Positions 28,523 to 41,400 of a stretch of DNA of 64,000 bases are shown piece by piece (the stretch's first letter is position 1; the number at the start of each line of letters is the position of its first letter). The translations under genes were made by a program, and so were the position numbers. Origin of the DNA: the human T2T-CHM13v2.0 reference genome, Homo sapiens; the NCBI RefSeq assembly GCF_009914755.1, contig NC_060926.1; one strand, 5' to 3'. The notes below the pieces were generated by a model. That model saw nothing but the letters and a program-made list of their open reading frames with translations, made no database searches and was not told where the DNA came from.

Positions 28523-31500
28523 CTAAAGTAGTTAGAAACTAGAAGTGGTAAACTTGAACCAGCAACTGCAAGACTTTGTAAGTCACTGATTTTGATGAAA
28601 GAGACATTTGTCTCACTCATAATGGGCAGTTTGTCTTTTAATTCTGAGAAAGTTAACCTAAAAAGAGTGAAGCACAACCTTAATTTTTGTTTTAATGTGT
28701 TCCCGGAAATTCAGATTGAAGAATAAAAATGTATATAACTTGCTGAATGCCTACAATATAATTTAGATAACTTAGTTGGTTTTTCCAGTGAAAATTATTA
28801 GGCCACAGTAAAATGCTGGGTTAACCTGTCAACATTCAGTAGAAAATTCAGGAACTATAATAAATAGGGGGCCCAACAGCCTTTACTGAAAATTAATACA
28901 AATTTTAGTCAAGTGACTAGCAATAAGCTTTTAAGATCACCATTTGTTATAATCTATTATAAGTTTTGCTTTACCTCCAGCAAAAGTTCTCATATAAAAT
29001 TGGAAACATTATTTAAACTGTTTAAATATATGATGATAACACATCAAATCTCTAGTATCTCACATCTACAAGATTACAACAGACTTTTGAATTTCCTTCC
29101 CCTACACCTCAGGCATAGAACAGACTCCCCTCAGTGCAAAGGTTCCCACGGCAGTGATTACTAACTAGGGATGGGACCTAGAAGGGTGTGGGTGACACAT
29201 CGAAACTGGGTGGGGAAAGGAAGGGTATTGATGTAGCATCTCAGGTGATTCTGAGATGCCCCTCATGGGGAGATACTACCACTGTTTTAACCAGTGTGCC
29301 AGGTTCAATCCTTGCCCAAATGTAATCTCTCCTTCCTCAATACCATGACATTAATTTTTCTTAAATCATTCACTTTATCATCCTACTCCCTTTCTTACAC
29401 ACCTTCATCATCTATCAGTTAATGTTCATACTCTTCAGCTTGACTTTCAAGAAACACTGCACCTCTCCCTCCTACCGTCATCACAAAGCTTCATAAGATT
29501 AGAAGTTGGCTGTATCTCCTGTACTACCCCTTGCCATTACATTACCCTTTGAGAATGGTGCAGGAAAAATCAGTTTATTTCAACAATTTTTTTTTTTTTT
29601 TAATTTTAGGCTCTAACATGTATGGCTACGGGGGACCCAAGAGTAAACAAAAGCCAGGATCACTGTTCTAAGGAGCACAAAAGTCAACTGGAGAGAAGAG
29701 AGGAAACTGGCCATTGCAGCCTCACAGGCTGTGTGCTTTACTTGGGCACAGGGAATTGAGCCTTGAGTGATGGGAGGTCAAGGTGGCTTCTGGGAGGATC
29801 CAATCTGAGAGCTGAAATCCAAAAGGTGAGAAGGAATTTGGCAAAGAAAGGGAAGGCAGGACATTAAAGGCAGAAGGAAAAGACTGCATATAAAAGGTGA
29901 GAAGGAGTGACCAGCTCAGGATGGATGAGTCATCTGTGGACCAAATCTGTGCGGGAGATAGTTGACATATCTATTGCTGAAAATAATCTGGGGATCACTG
30001 AAGTCCAATCACGGTAATGTGGGATATACTTAGAAGTGCTAAAACCAGAGAAATTGTTGACTCAAACCAGTACATTGAACATGCCTGCTTGGTGGCAATG
30101 GACAGAAGGGAACATCCTAGAAGTGTGACAGGCTGTCAGAGTCTGTCTGTGCTTATTAAGCACTGTCCAAGGGACAGACACATGCATCAGTTGGGCATGA
30201 GTATTGTCATCACTAGAGGGAGATGCTCCATGGTGGGGCTGGGAGAGATCTCTATTCTATGTTCCCTAAATAACCTTCTCATGCCTGGAGACCTCCATAT
30301 TGGAAAGAGGCTGTCATTATAGCAAACATCAGTATCTGGTCCCTTCCAAAGGCATATTTGCTTTAAAAAAGAGAGTGATTTTACTTTATAACCAGTTTCT
30401 TAAAAACAGTTTAGCATATGGACAGTGCCAAGTACCTGATTAATGTGTGTGTTCTGAGAAGATCAAAATTTGGGCTCTGTAAAGCCAAGGACTAGGCTCT
30501 GGGCCCTGGTGGCTCCATGGGGCTCTGCCACATGGAAGGCACTAACTAAGAGGTCAGCAGGCCTCCTCTTTAAATGCAATAAGAATGATTTGTGTGTCCT
30601 GCTACTACGGTTACTTGTGTGTTTTGCATCTCCTCTGTCTTCTCCTTGCCCCCATCTCCATCTAGAATGTAACATGGAGCAGTGTGACTCAAAGTGCCAT
30701 GCTGTAAATGGTTTGTCACTGGTCCAAAACAAGATAAATCCAGAAACTGAGAGTAAGAGTTAGAACATTTTAGAGAAATTTGACAGAGTAATTAATTTCT
30801 GTTGAATCTGATAAAATATTGGAGTTTGCTTTTTATTATGCTGTATGTCTTTGTTTTTTCATTTCATTTTATAGTAATTCATTTCTACAAAAATATTGGT
30901 CCATGGTGAATTGGTCTTTCACCCCAGATAGTTTGAGAAGTACCAATATAGAGGGTAGGGATCCCTGTTTTACATTGATGGTGTATGACATTCAGTGCCT
31001 TTCCAAATGTTAACCTGGCTGCACAGTAGAATCACCTTGAGAGCTGAAAAAAATAAATCTTTATATCCCTCTATAGAGAGAAGCTTCAGCTCCACCCTCA
31101 CCAATTAAATGAGAAGTGAGGTGGGATTAGGGTGTGTCAAGGGCATCTGCATTTACTAAAAACTTCCTTGGTGTTTCTAACTTCCAGCCAGGAATGAAAT
31201 CCTTAATGTGGGTGGTATCCAATCAATGACCACAGGTTGAATGAATGACTAAAACATGTCAGCCAGCCAACAACAGGTGTTTATTACACAGCTGACGGTG
31301 CTGTACCAGGTGCTGAGTAACACATTATAAAGTCATGAAGCTTAATCAAGATTTTCCAATCTGATGATAAAGCTCCTATTACAAAACCAATACAAAACAA
31401 AGGGCACAGATTAATAAACCTACAATATTCACCCACAAATAAAGTAACATTTATGCACTATGGATGGATGAAGCCCAACTCTCTCTCTGTCTCTCAAAAG

Positions 31501-31970
31501 CAAACAGCATATTCAATAACATGTCACCTAATGGGAAAGAGATTTCCTTAGGCTGGTGTCTCCCCGTTGGTCAAAGAATCCACTAGATGTCACTCAAGGT
31601 CCCTCAAGGTTCCCTTTCACAGACTGCGTGGTCTTTAATTTTACATCAGATCATTTTCCTCACCAAACTTTGTCCCCACAGTCCAAGGCTCCTAATGGAA
31701 ACCATGCAAAATGTAAGGCACAGAACATGCTGGTTGTTTGATCTCCTTCCATGGCTTTCCGTAGTACTCTAGGGCCACACCATTCATGCATCTATTCAAG
31801 AACAGTAACTGAGGGCTGATGTTCTACGACACATTAGTTTAAGCTGCGGTGGAATCATGATGAGTGAAAATAGCCTTGGTTCTGTCCTCACGGAGTTTAC
31901 AGTTTAATCTATGAAAGCACTCTTCATTCTAATTTGTGTTGTTTATTTATTTATTAGTTCTCCCTTCAGA

Positions 31971-32232
31971 CCAGAAGCTCTCAAACTTTTTTGGCCGCCA
32001 CATCCAAGTAAGAAAGAGATTTTATATTGCAATTTATATTCACACAAATGCTCAAACACATAACCAAAGTTAAAGTTTCACAGTACAATGCTTATCTTCA
32101 TGTTGTGTGATACACTCTGATATTTTCTAGTCTATTCCAGTTCCTTTTTTTTTTCAAAATGCTAGTCATGATCCACCAAATTGATTTCACAATCCACTAA
32201 TAAGTCACAATCCTAAGAATAAAAAATACTTG
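31971..32232. mobile_element. hAT-Charlie element (Charlie4-like)
   Basis: CTCTCAAACTTTTT...AGTAAGAAA...TGTGATACACTCTGATATTTTCT...AAATTGATTTCACAATCCACTAAT. Confidence 0.55.
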
Positions 32233-32664
32233 ACTAGAGGGCAATGGTAACCTCTTGTGCCTAGCAAATAGTAAGTGAGCAATATATTTTTTTAAATGAA
32301 TGAAAATTATGAGGACTAATTTGCATTAATGTTTACATTAAGAAGAAATAGATACAGATTAAGTGGTTTATAATATGTATAATCAGTGTCCTAAGAACAC
32401 ATTTCTATATACACATTACATTCTATATACGCAATTATAATGGATAATTTTTTTCAGATAATCTATACCAGCTATACTAGGTACACTATATATGCTGTCA
32501 ATGTAATTTATTATTTCAGTCACAATCAAGGACTCACATATTTTAAATTCACATAATTAAAAATATGTTCATCTTGGAAAAAGAAGTCATAAGCAGCAAT
32601 GAACTCTTTCAGATATTAAAACTCATTATAAATTCCAATAGTAAAAGAGCCTGGGATTAGAGAC

Positions 32665-33487
<823 letters not shown>

Positions 33488-33586
33488 GAGATGGAGTAAA
33501 TAAATAGTTCAATGGCATAAAGTAAAAAAAACAGTCTAGATCCAACAAAAACTTCGAGAATTTCATATCTGATGAAAGCAATTTGG

Positions 33587-33625
33587 TGTGTGTGTGTGTG
33601 TGCGTGTATGTGTGTGGGTGTGTGT
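33587..33625. repeat. (TG)n microsatellite, interrupted
   Basis: Direct reading. Confidence 0.85.
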
Positions 33626-33629
33626 TTAT

Positions 33630-34310
33630 TCCATAAGGTGGTATTAGGACAACTGGATAGTTATTTAAAAAAAAAAAAAGCTACATCTCTATCCCCTTAC
33701 ACCAAAATTATTTCCCAGATAGCAGCAGAAGACCCATTAGCAATCCTGAGATCAGGATCATGGATTTTTAAGTATTTTAAAAACACAACTAAAAGTACTA
33801 GAAGAAAATGTGGGATTTTTTTAATGTGAAAAATACAAAACCCAGAATGATAAGGAAGAGGTGGATTATAGCAGTAATAACTCTCACACAGTGAGGCAAT
33901 CAGTAGTCAATTTGGCAGCATTTATCAAAGTTAAACATGGCCATACACTTCAACCCAGCAATTGCATTTCCACGAATTTGTCTTAAAGAAATGCTTCATT
34001 ATGTGTACAAAGCTTTATGATGAAAATGTTCTTTAGAGCATTATTTGTAACAGCAAAGTACTAGAAACAGCCTGATGCCCATTAATTAGAGAAAGTTAAA
34101 TATATTATGGCTCAGCCCTTAGATGACATGTATCTACATGTTTTGTTAAGGAATGATTTCCACACACATTTGTAAGTGAAATATGGTATGATCCCTTGTG
34201 TGTGGGGAAAAGAGATGTAGGTTTAGCTTATATATTCAGAGAAAATTCTGGAAGTGTACACAAGAACTGTCAATAGTGCCTATCTTTTGGGAGTGGGACT
34301 GACAGTAGGA
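33630..34310 (+). mobile_element. Old L1 (L1ME-like) fragments
   Basis: GGACAACTGGATAG, CAACCCAGCAATTGCATTTC, AGCATTATTTGTAACAGCAAA. Confidence 0.65.
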
Positions 34311-35998
34311 AGAAGTCTTAGATTTTTAAAATTTTACACTTTTTTGTAGAGTTCCTGATATCAGGATTGCTAATGGGTCTTCTGCTGCTATTCAGCAAGA
34401 AAGGAAAAAAAGGAAAGAATTGCTGAAAATGAAGAGGGAGAGCCATGCTCACATGGTGACAAATCTGGGCCAGCTGCCTCAGAGGTATATGGTATAGGAT
34501 TTTGAATTTTTTTAAGTATATTTAACACAGCTCTGTGATTAAAGGAAGCCCAAGTCACAGAATCCTGAACTTATTGGAAACATGTGTGACACCTCTTTAA
34601 AGGTTTAAATTATTTAAATTTGCTTGCTTTTGCTTTTAAGTTATGCATGAAGATTCCAGGCAGGTAAAAAGATGAAATTCTCCCTTAACTGACTAGCTAA
34701 GGCAGACAGGTACCTAACCAAGGTCTCCTGTTGGGGACCAGGTTAGATAGGACTCACATTTCACTGAAAGCCTGTATACCTTTGTATGTCCCACCTCACC
34801 AGCGTAGGCAACAAAATCAAGTCAGTTTAAGTCATGTGCTTTTTTGAAGTTAAAATTCATACCACTCTGAGCTCTACCTAGCGAGTAGAGTCCAACCTTC
34901 TGTTGAGGTTCTTCTCCCTAGGTATCCCCAGTGATCCTACGGTTACTCATTTCTTCCAAAGAAGTCCTCTCCAGTTACTGATAGTGGGTGGCTGGTGAGT
35001 CAGCCACAGTGCCTAGTCAAAGTTTCTTCTTCACGGCTGCTGCCTGGGGTCACTGCCAAGGCCCATACAGGCAAGAACAAATGCTTGTTCCCTTCTGGCT
35101 GTAGCTACCCAGGGTTAAGAGAGGTCCTACCATTGACCACACAGTGCAAAACGGCCAGTCCTCGCCTGCCAACATCCTCCAAGTGTGGATACAACCTTTG
35201 CTCTTACTCTCCCAAAGCACAGTCAAGGGCAGACTGCAGACAAGGAAAAAAAAACAGTCAATAGCAGTGTCTGCCAATATCCAGTAATGTTTGAGGCCAC
35301 TTTTGAATGAAAAAAAAAATTCTTGCTAACTTCCAACTGTTAAGTCATTTTAATTATGTCTCTTAATTATACATAAACTTTAGGTAATAATTTCTTATTC
35401 TTATAGCTCACGTCTATAAAACTAAAACAATTTTAGAAATTAAATTCACAAATTTAAAAAATTCAATTAATATGATGTATGTAATGTGTGGTGAATTATA
35501 TTTGTTGTTTTGCTGAAATTAAATTGTCCTTTGATATGAGAATATGGAACTCACTGCTATGGTATGTACTTTTTTGTTTGGCATGCTTATAATTGACTTA
35601 ATTATCTCAACATTCTTCTCTATTTGAATTTCTGTTAAACTTCTGTGCAGTGTGCCGTAAAGGACGTATGACCTTCACTTAGCCAGAATGCTGTCCTTTC
35701 CACAAGAAGTATTCTATTCTTTTCCCATTAGCCCCAGAAAATTAAATTTGTGGTTGGTGCCAAATACAAAATCAAGTGCAGGGTTTCGTTACAAGGTGGT
35801 CATCAAATGATCCAATATAGTGACTAGAATATATTAACTTTTAAAAGAACATAATTTAAGTAAGAGCAAAATATTTACATATTTTATAGATAATTTGCAT
35901 ATATTTTTTCTTAGACTCCAGTTTAAGGAACAGTAGTCTACACCCCTGCTACTCCAGGGTGGTCCAAAAGCCAGGGAGCTTGTTAGAAAGAGTCTCTA

Positions 35999-36143
35999 GG
36001 CCAGGTGCAGTGGCTCACTCCTGTGATCCTAGCACTTTGGGAGGCCAAGGCAGGAAGATTGCTTGAGGTCAGGAGGGTTCAAGATCAGCCTGGGCAACAC
36101 AGTGAGAGCCTGTCTCTATTGAAAAAAAAAAAAAAAGAAAGAA
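35999..36143 (+). mobile_element. Alu monomer (FLAM_C-like) within a MER5 element (~35940-36245)
   Basis: Single left-type monomer with A tail, flanked by MER5 motifs GAGCTTGTTAGAA and ATGCAGAATTTCAGGGCCC. Confidence 0.85.
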
Positions 36144-36509
36144 ATGCAGAATTTCAGGGCCCACTCTAGACCTAATGGATTAGACCATGCCATTTAATAA
36201 GAACTCCAGGTGATCAGCATGTATATTAAAGTGTGAGATATACTAATTTATTATTTCCCAATTCAATTTTCAGTGGGCCCATGTGAGCCTGGGGCACAGT
36301 CTAAAGCTCTCTCTCTCTTTTTTTTAAGGACAATAATTGCTTCTTCTCTTTCCAGGGTTGCAGGCAGGTAGATTTAAGGTGAACTCAGATTTTTCAAGGA
36401 ATAATGGTGAGTATTGGTAACTTCAAAGGGTCCATCCTGGTGACTTGCAGGGGAAGTTCCACTCAGGAACTTTTGTGTCTTGCTTAACACCAGACACAAG
36501 ACTACATGT

Positions 36510-36630
36510 AAGCCATGTGGCTCACATGTGTAATCCCAGCTACTCCGAAGGTTAAGGTAAGATGATCTCTTGAGCCCAGGAGTTGGAGACCAGCCTGACA
36601 ACATAGCGAGACCTTGCCTCTAAACAAAAA
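36510..36630 (+). mobile_element. Alu monomer (FLAM_A-like)
   Basis: TGTAATCCCAGCTACT...GAGCCCAGGAGTTGGAGACCAGCCTG. Confidence 0.8.
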
Positions 36631-37675
36631 TTACATATTGTATGATTCTATTTATATGAAACATTCAATTTCTGGTGGAAGTCTCATATGATCTTTGGTT
36701 GGAGGATGACTGGATGTTGACAGATGACAATGAGGTGAAGAGCATTTTAGCAGAGGGAATGGCATGATCAAAGACAAAATGGAGAGTCAGAGGCAGGAAT
36801 GCATATTTAGGGAGGAATGAATGAGCACTGGCTACAACAGAGATCTGGGAAGAAAAGCAAGTGAAGGAAGTAAAGCTGGAAACATGGATTGACAAGTTGC
36901 CTTTTTCAAATGGAAAAACTAACAGGTGTGAGGGAGAAGAGAGTCAATAGAAATTTCTGTCTTTTCCAGATTTGTTCACATTCCCCTGATTTGTAGTCAT
37001 TTTGTCGGCTTGGGAAAGTGGTTTTTGAAAGATCGTCTTTATAAAGGTAGGCTCTGATAGGATGCTCAAGCTAAGAGCAAGGAAGGACAAAGAAGGCGCC
37101 TGGCGACAGAAAAGGGCACTAACAAAAATTGGGCAAAAAGGAAGTGTGGCGGTCCCCAAATCCCTTCTTCCTCCATTTCAGCTGAGATCATTCGCCAGTA
37201 GGCAACTGTGGTATTACCAATAAGTTTGTATCACCAATAAAATATTATAATGCACCTGGCTAAAAACCCTGGCGTGATAACACCAAATTCATGTTATTAG
37301 AAGGAATTAAATTTTAAAAAGCACACCGTTCCAGGCACACAGAAGGAGCCCCCGAACGTTTGTTTTATAAACGCAGGTTGGTTGCTGAGGCTTTGTTTTG
37401 GAGCCTACGTTTAGGAGAGGAAATGATTCAAAACTGCCCCCCAAAACCTATATCCTCCAGGAGCACTGAGGTTGGGGCGACCTGCTGCCAACTGGTCTGG
37501 TTTTCCCTTTTAACACACGCTTCTTGCCCACTATCCGGTCCCTGCGGTCAGTGGGTGCAGCAGGGGTCGCAGTCCAAACAACCAATCGCGACGCGGCTGC
37601 GGGGCGGGGGCCACAGCGCTCCGCCTCCCCCCTCCAATCCGCCCTCCCAATCCTCCTAGGCCGCTCTCTCTCGCA

Positions 37676-38429
37676 CCTGCGTGTCCCTCTGCGCTCCGAC
37701 TGGTGCGACTTCTCCCTGCGCTAGCGAGGCAGGGTTTTGGCCTCGCCTCTCGCGAGATCGCCTCCTGTTGCTGCCGCCGCCGCTCCTGGCCACTGACTGG
37801 CGGCGCCTGCGCAGCCGCCATGTTCGGTTGCTATGCTGCGGCCTAGGAGAGGTGGTGTGCTTGAGGGAGGAGGAAGAGATAGAGGAGGAGGAGGGGGAGG
37901 AAGAGGAGGTGGAGAAGGAGGGGGGTGACTGAGCTCCTCTTGCACTCTCACACACAAACGCTGCCCAGGATTACCCGCCAGCTCACGCCGCGCAGTGCGC
38001 TTTTCCGCTCCTCGCGCCCCACCACCAACATTGTTCTCTCAGGACTCCTGGGTCCCAGGGGTCGGAATTGGGCCTGAGCGGGAGAGGAAAGAGACTTGGC
38101 TTTGGCCGCGGGGTCGGAGGATTGGGGCCAGGCCCCCTCCCCCACGCACTTTTGGGGGTGTGGATTATCTCATCCCTGCAGGGAGGTAGGAGAGGTCGCC
38201 GGCTGCCCGCCTCCCTGCCACCTCCCCAGCGGCGCCGGCCCGCGGCTGCCCAGCAGCATGAGGTGGTGCTGGCGGCTCCGGGTCGTGGCGCGACCGCTGC
38301 GGCGGCGGCTGCTCGGGGGGCGCTGAGGTAGCCCCCCGGAGCGGCACGGAGGACGCGCTTCTCCTCTGCGCGCCGGGGCCTCGAGGCTTTTTTTCTCCAG
38401 CCGAGAGGACGCGGCTGTGATATACGAAG
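37676..38429 (+). other. PTPN4: Non-coding first exon (5' UTR), likely of PTPN4 (PTP-MEG1); 5' end approximate
   Basis: Consensus donor ...GATATACGAAG|GTAAGAG at 38429/38430 at the 3' edge of the CpG island. No long ATG ORF runs into the donor. The sequence matches my recollection of the PTPN4 mRNA leader, whose CDS starts in exon 2 outside the window. Confidence 0.65.
37862..37926 (+). repeat. GA-rich purine tract in exon 1
   Basis: (GGA/GAG)n-like, almost pure purine. Confidence 0.85.
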
Positions 38430-41400
38430 GTAAGAGGTTCTCCGGTCCCCGCCGGCCTCTCGGCCCTGCACGTTGAACGGGAGGCTCTTACCTGCATGTG
38501 TGGCTCCTGGGAGGTGAGCCAGGTGGGGCAAGCCGGAGGTACGAGGATGATTTGAAAGGAAGGAAAAAAGGACAAAAACAAACAAACAAACAAACAAAAA
38601 AACGCTTTCTTTCCTTTCTTCCTGGGACCTCTGCTTTTGCGGGGGTTATAGTTGGAATCTCTGTTATGGGTCAGCGAAGGGCCAAGGGATGGAATAGGTG
38701 CGGAGATGGAATGTTCCCAGTACCTAAACTCTAGGTAAAGCTTTGGAATCTTGAGTTTTCCATTGCTGGTAGAATTCCTTTTTTTTTTTTTTTTTTTTTT
38801 TGGCTCATATGAGCGCTTCTTGCACGCTGCATGAGCCAACTATTCCTACCATTGAAGTTTTAAGCCTGTTATGATTCTACCAGTATATACCTGTATTTGG
38901 GAATCTGTAGTTGAGCCAAAAAAAAAAAAAAAAAAAAGTTGAGATGTGGGTAAACAGTGATGCATTTCGCAGGGTTTCCATAAAATGGAACAGCTTACAG
39001 TTGCACAGGTGATGTGTGGATGTTTCTGCAAAACTTAGGGTGGAAGATTTTATGTCTGGGCTTGCATCATGTAGTGACATCAGTATGTACAAGGACGATT
39101 TGTAGGATTTTTCAAAACGCCTGTTCTAGGATAACTTGTTATGCATCTGCAATATGCCAGCTGCTTTTCGAATAAGAGGTTTCAGTAATACTAAGTTTCT
39201 GTGTCCAGATCTTGGGCCCAGTTGAAACAGTACAGCTGATTGGTCACATTTAAAACATATTTATGGAGAAAGATAAAAGGCCAATGTGTCCGACTTGCAA
39301 AAGACAATTAGAGTAGAAAGAAGACTGGAACAGTAAAAGCCAGGGCATTTTTAAATCTTGGTTTTCTGAACTTTAACGTGCCAGAGGAAAAAAATTTTTT
39401 TTCAATTTTAAGGGGGAAGGAGATGGCCTTAAAATAAAGGATTGTTCAGAGCCTAAACTGTGCTTAATGGAATAGAGCTAGGTATATCATCTAAATCTTG
39501 AATTTGACTAATATAAATTCAGCTTTCTTTTAAAGAAAAAACTCGTAAGCAGAAGTTTGTGTATTCTACAGAACCTCTTCACTAGCTCGTAAGTGTGATC
39601 ATTTTGTGGACATCACTGTTTTTTTGTTAGAATAAATTTATGCTCCAATTACCACAAAAGCAATTTTTATGTCTCTTCGCATTTTTTATGGTACACATAT
39701 CTTTGTTACATTTTGCATTGAAACACGCACGGTCCCATAGTATCATAATCTTCAGTGATTTATAAGAGAAACAGTCTATTTTGTACATGGAAATGTTTGT
39801 CATGTTGCCAGTCTGTTTTAAAAATTTGGCAAGAGGTTTTTAAAATCCAAGGAGGCACCACTATTTTGTAGTTTTTAAAAATATTAATTGAGTAGGTCCA
39901 TGTTTATTAAGTTAGAAAATCACGAGTTCCTCAAAAGTAGTAATAGACGAGGATGTGATTTTTCTTACTGCCCATTTTCTAACATCTTAGCTTCAGAGCT
40001 GTAGGTATTGAATTGAGTCAAACTTGTGTTTTTTTCTTATGTTCTAATTAAATATCTTTTAAAATGTCCCTAGTAACATTGTTACTTTAAATTTATAACA
40101 CCCAATTTCTAATTTAGGCTAGGCATAAAACCAGCATTGATTGAACGTACTTGCTAAAAATACTTTCTGGGTCGGATGTACTTAGAATGCAGCCTCAGGA
40201 AATTTCATTTGAACTATTCTGTGACCAGTGTACACTTCATTATTGTTGAAGGACTTTTAAAAAAAGTATAGATCTCTCATACTCGATTTAATCAGTTTGA
40301 GCATAGATGCCTAACTTTAAAAAAAAAGTATAATAAAGTGGGATAGTAATACAATTTACGTGAGATGGTAATAAAAACTTTTCAGCTTTTTTTTTTAACT
40401 TGTATGACTTCGTTAGGTTGTTATTAAACTGTGATTTGTATTTTTAAAATAGTTTTGTCTGTTAAACATAATTGAGGTGTACAGTACAGTATCCATTGTT
40501 ATCTGTTTAGTATTTATTTATGACTTACAAACTCTAAAAGCGGGATCAGTGATCATGGTTTTTAGTAAGTTGTCTTTAAGGAGCAAAGTAAGAGACTAGC
40601 AGAAAATTGCAAGGAGGTTTGTTATTGAGAGTACTTCTGCCCCCCGCTTGAGAGTTAATATGGCCACTTTTAAACAAGAAAAGTTTTCCAGAAACGTGGA
40701 AATCTTGTTTGGTGTATGTTTAAGGGCAAATGTTTTAAAGTTTTGCCTAAATTCTTAGTTAGAATGCAAAATTGATCAACTCCCTAGGAATGGTTATTGT
40801 GGCTAAATATGAATTGTTGCTCCTATGTAAAATTTAGTTATTGGTAGAAGTTTACTAACTGAGTTGAATTTTGTTGTTTTCCTGGGTTATTGCATGTTAT
40901 GAAGTTTTTTATGTACTATAATCCAGATTTGTTAAATTTGCCAGTTTACTAGAATAAGCTGTGAAGCCTTGAAGTTTGGCTTAGCATTCTGAAAATCCTT
41001 TTTATTGTTTGCCAGGAAAGCACTGTAGGAAGGAGGTGTTATCTCTTCATTTAATATTTAATGAGTAGTATAGATGATGAGATAGGATATAATGTAGAAA
41101 TACCGTAGAATCTTCTTTATTGATATGAAAGTACCATTGTCTAGGAACAGCATAATTTCTTATCTTTTGCATGAATGGGGAAAAAGAGGAGGGGAAATTT
41201 ATTAGACTCTTTCATTTCATTAGAGATATCTTCCCTCACATTCATTCTTCATTTCATTATTCTTAAGTAGAAACTTTGGAAGAGAGATGCAAGTATTTGA
41301 ATTAATTAGTAAGAACAAAATGAAAATTACATCGTATAGACTATCATGAGGAAAATATCAATTTGGGTTGGTTATTGTGTTTGTATTTTTTAACAAGGAG

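Larger units (their letters stand above)
37400..38550 (+). promoter_or_regulatory. PTPN4: CpG-island promoter of a + strand gene (likely PTPN4)
   Basis: Only CpG-dense, GC-rich segment in the window. It carries CCAAT (37582, 37634), GC-box GGGGCGGGG (37601), TCTCGCGAGA (37748-37757), NRF1-like GCGCCTGCGCA (37803-37813) and YY1-like GCCGCCATGTT (37814-37824). Gene name is from recall of the 5' UTR, not verified. Confidence 0.85.

Noticed and set aside
37681-37932. 83-aa ORF with poly-Glu tail
   Set aside because: GTG start; the acidic run is one frame of the GGA tract. Near-cognate initiation cannot be excluded without Ribo-seq.
37983-38839. 204-aa and 224-aa minus-strand ORFs over the CpG island
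   Set aside because: Stop-poor GC-rich sequence; they translate poly-T and (AAAC)n runs into low-complexity peptide.
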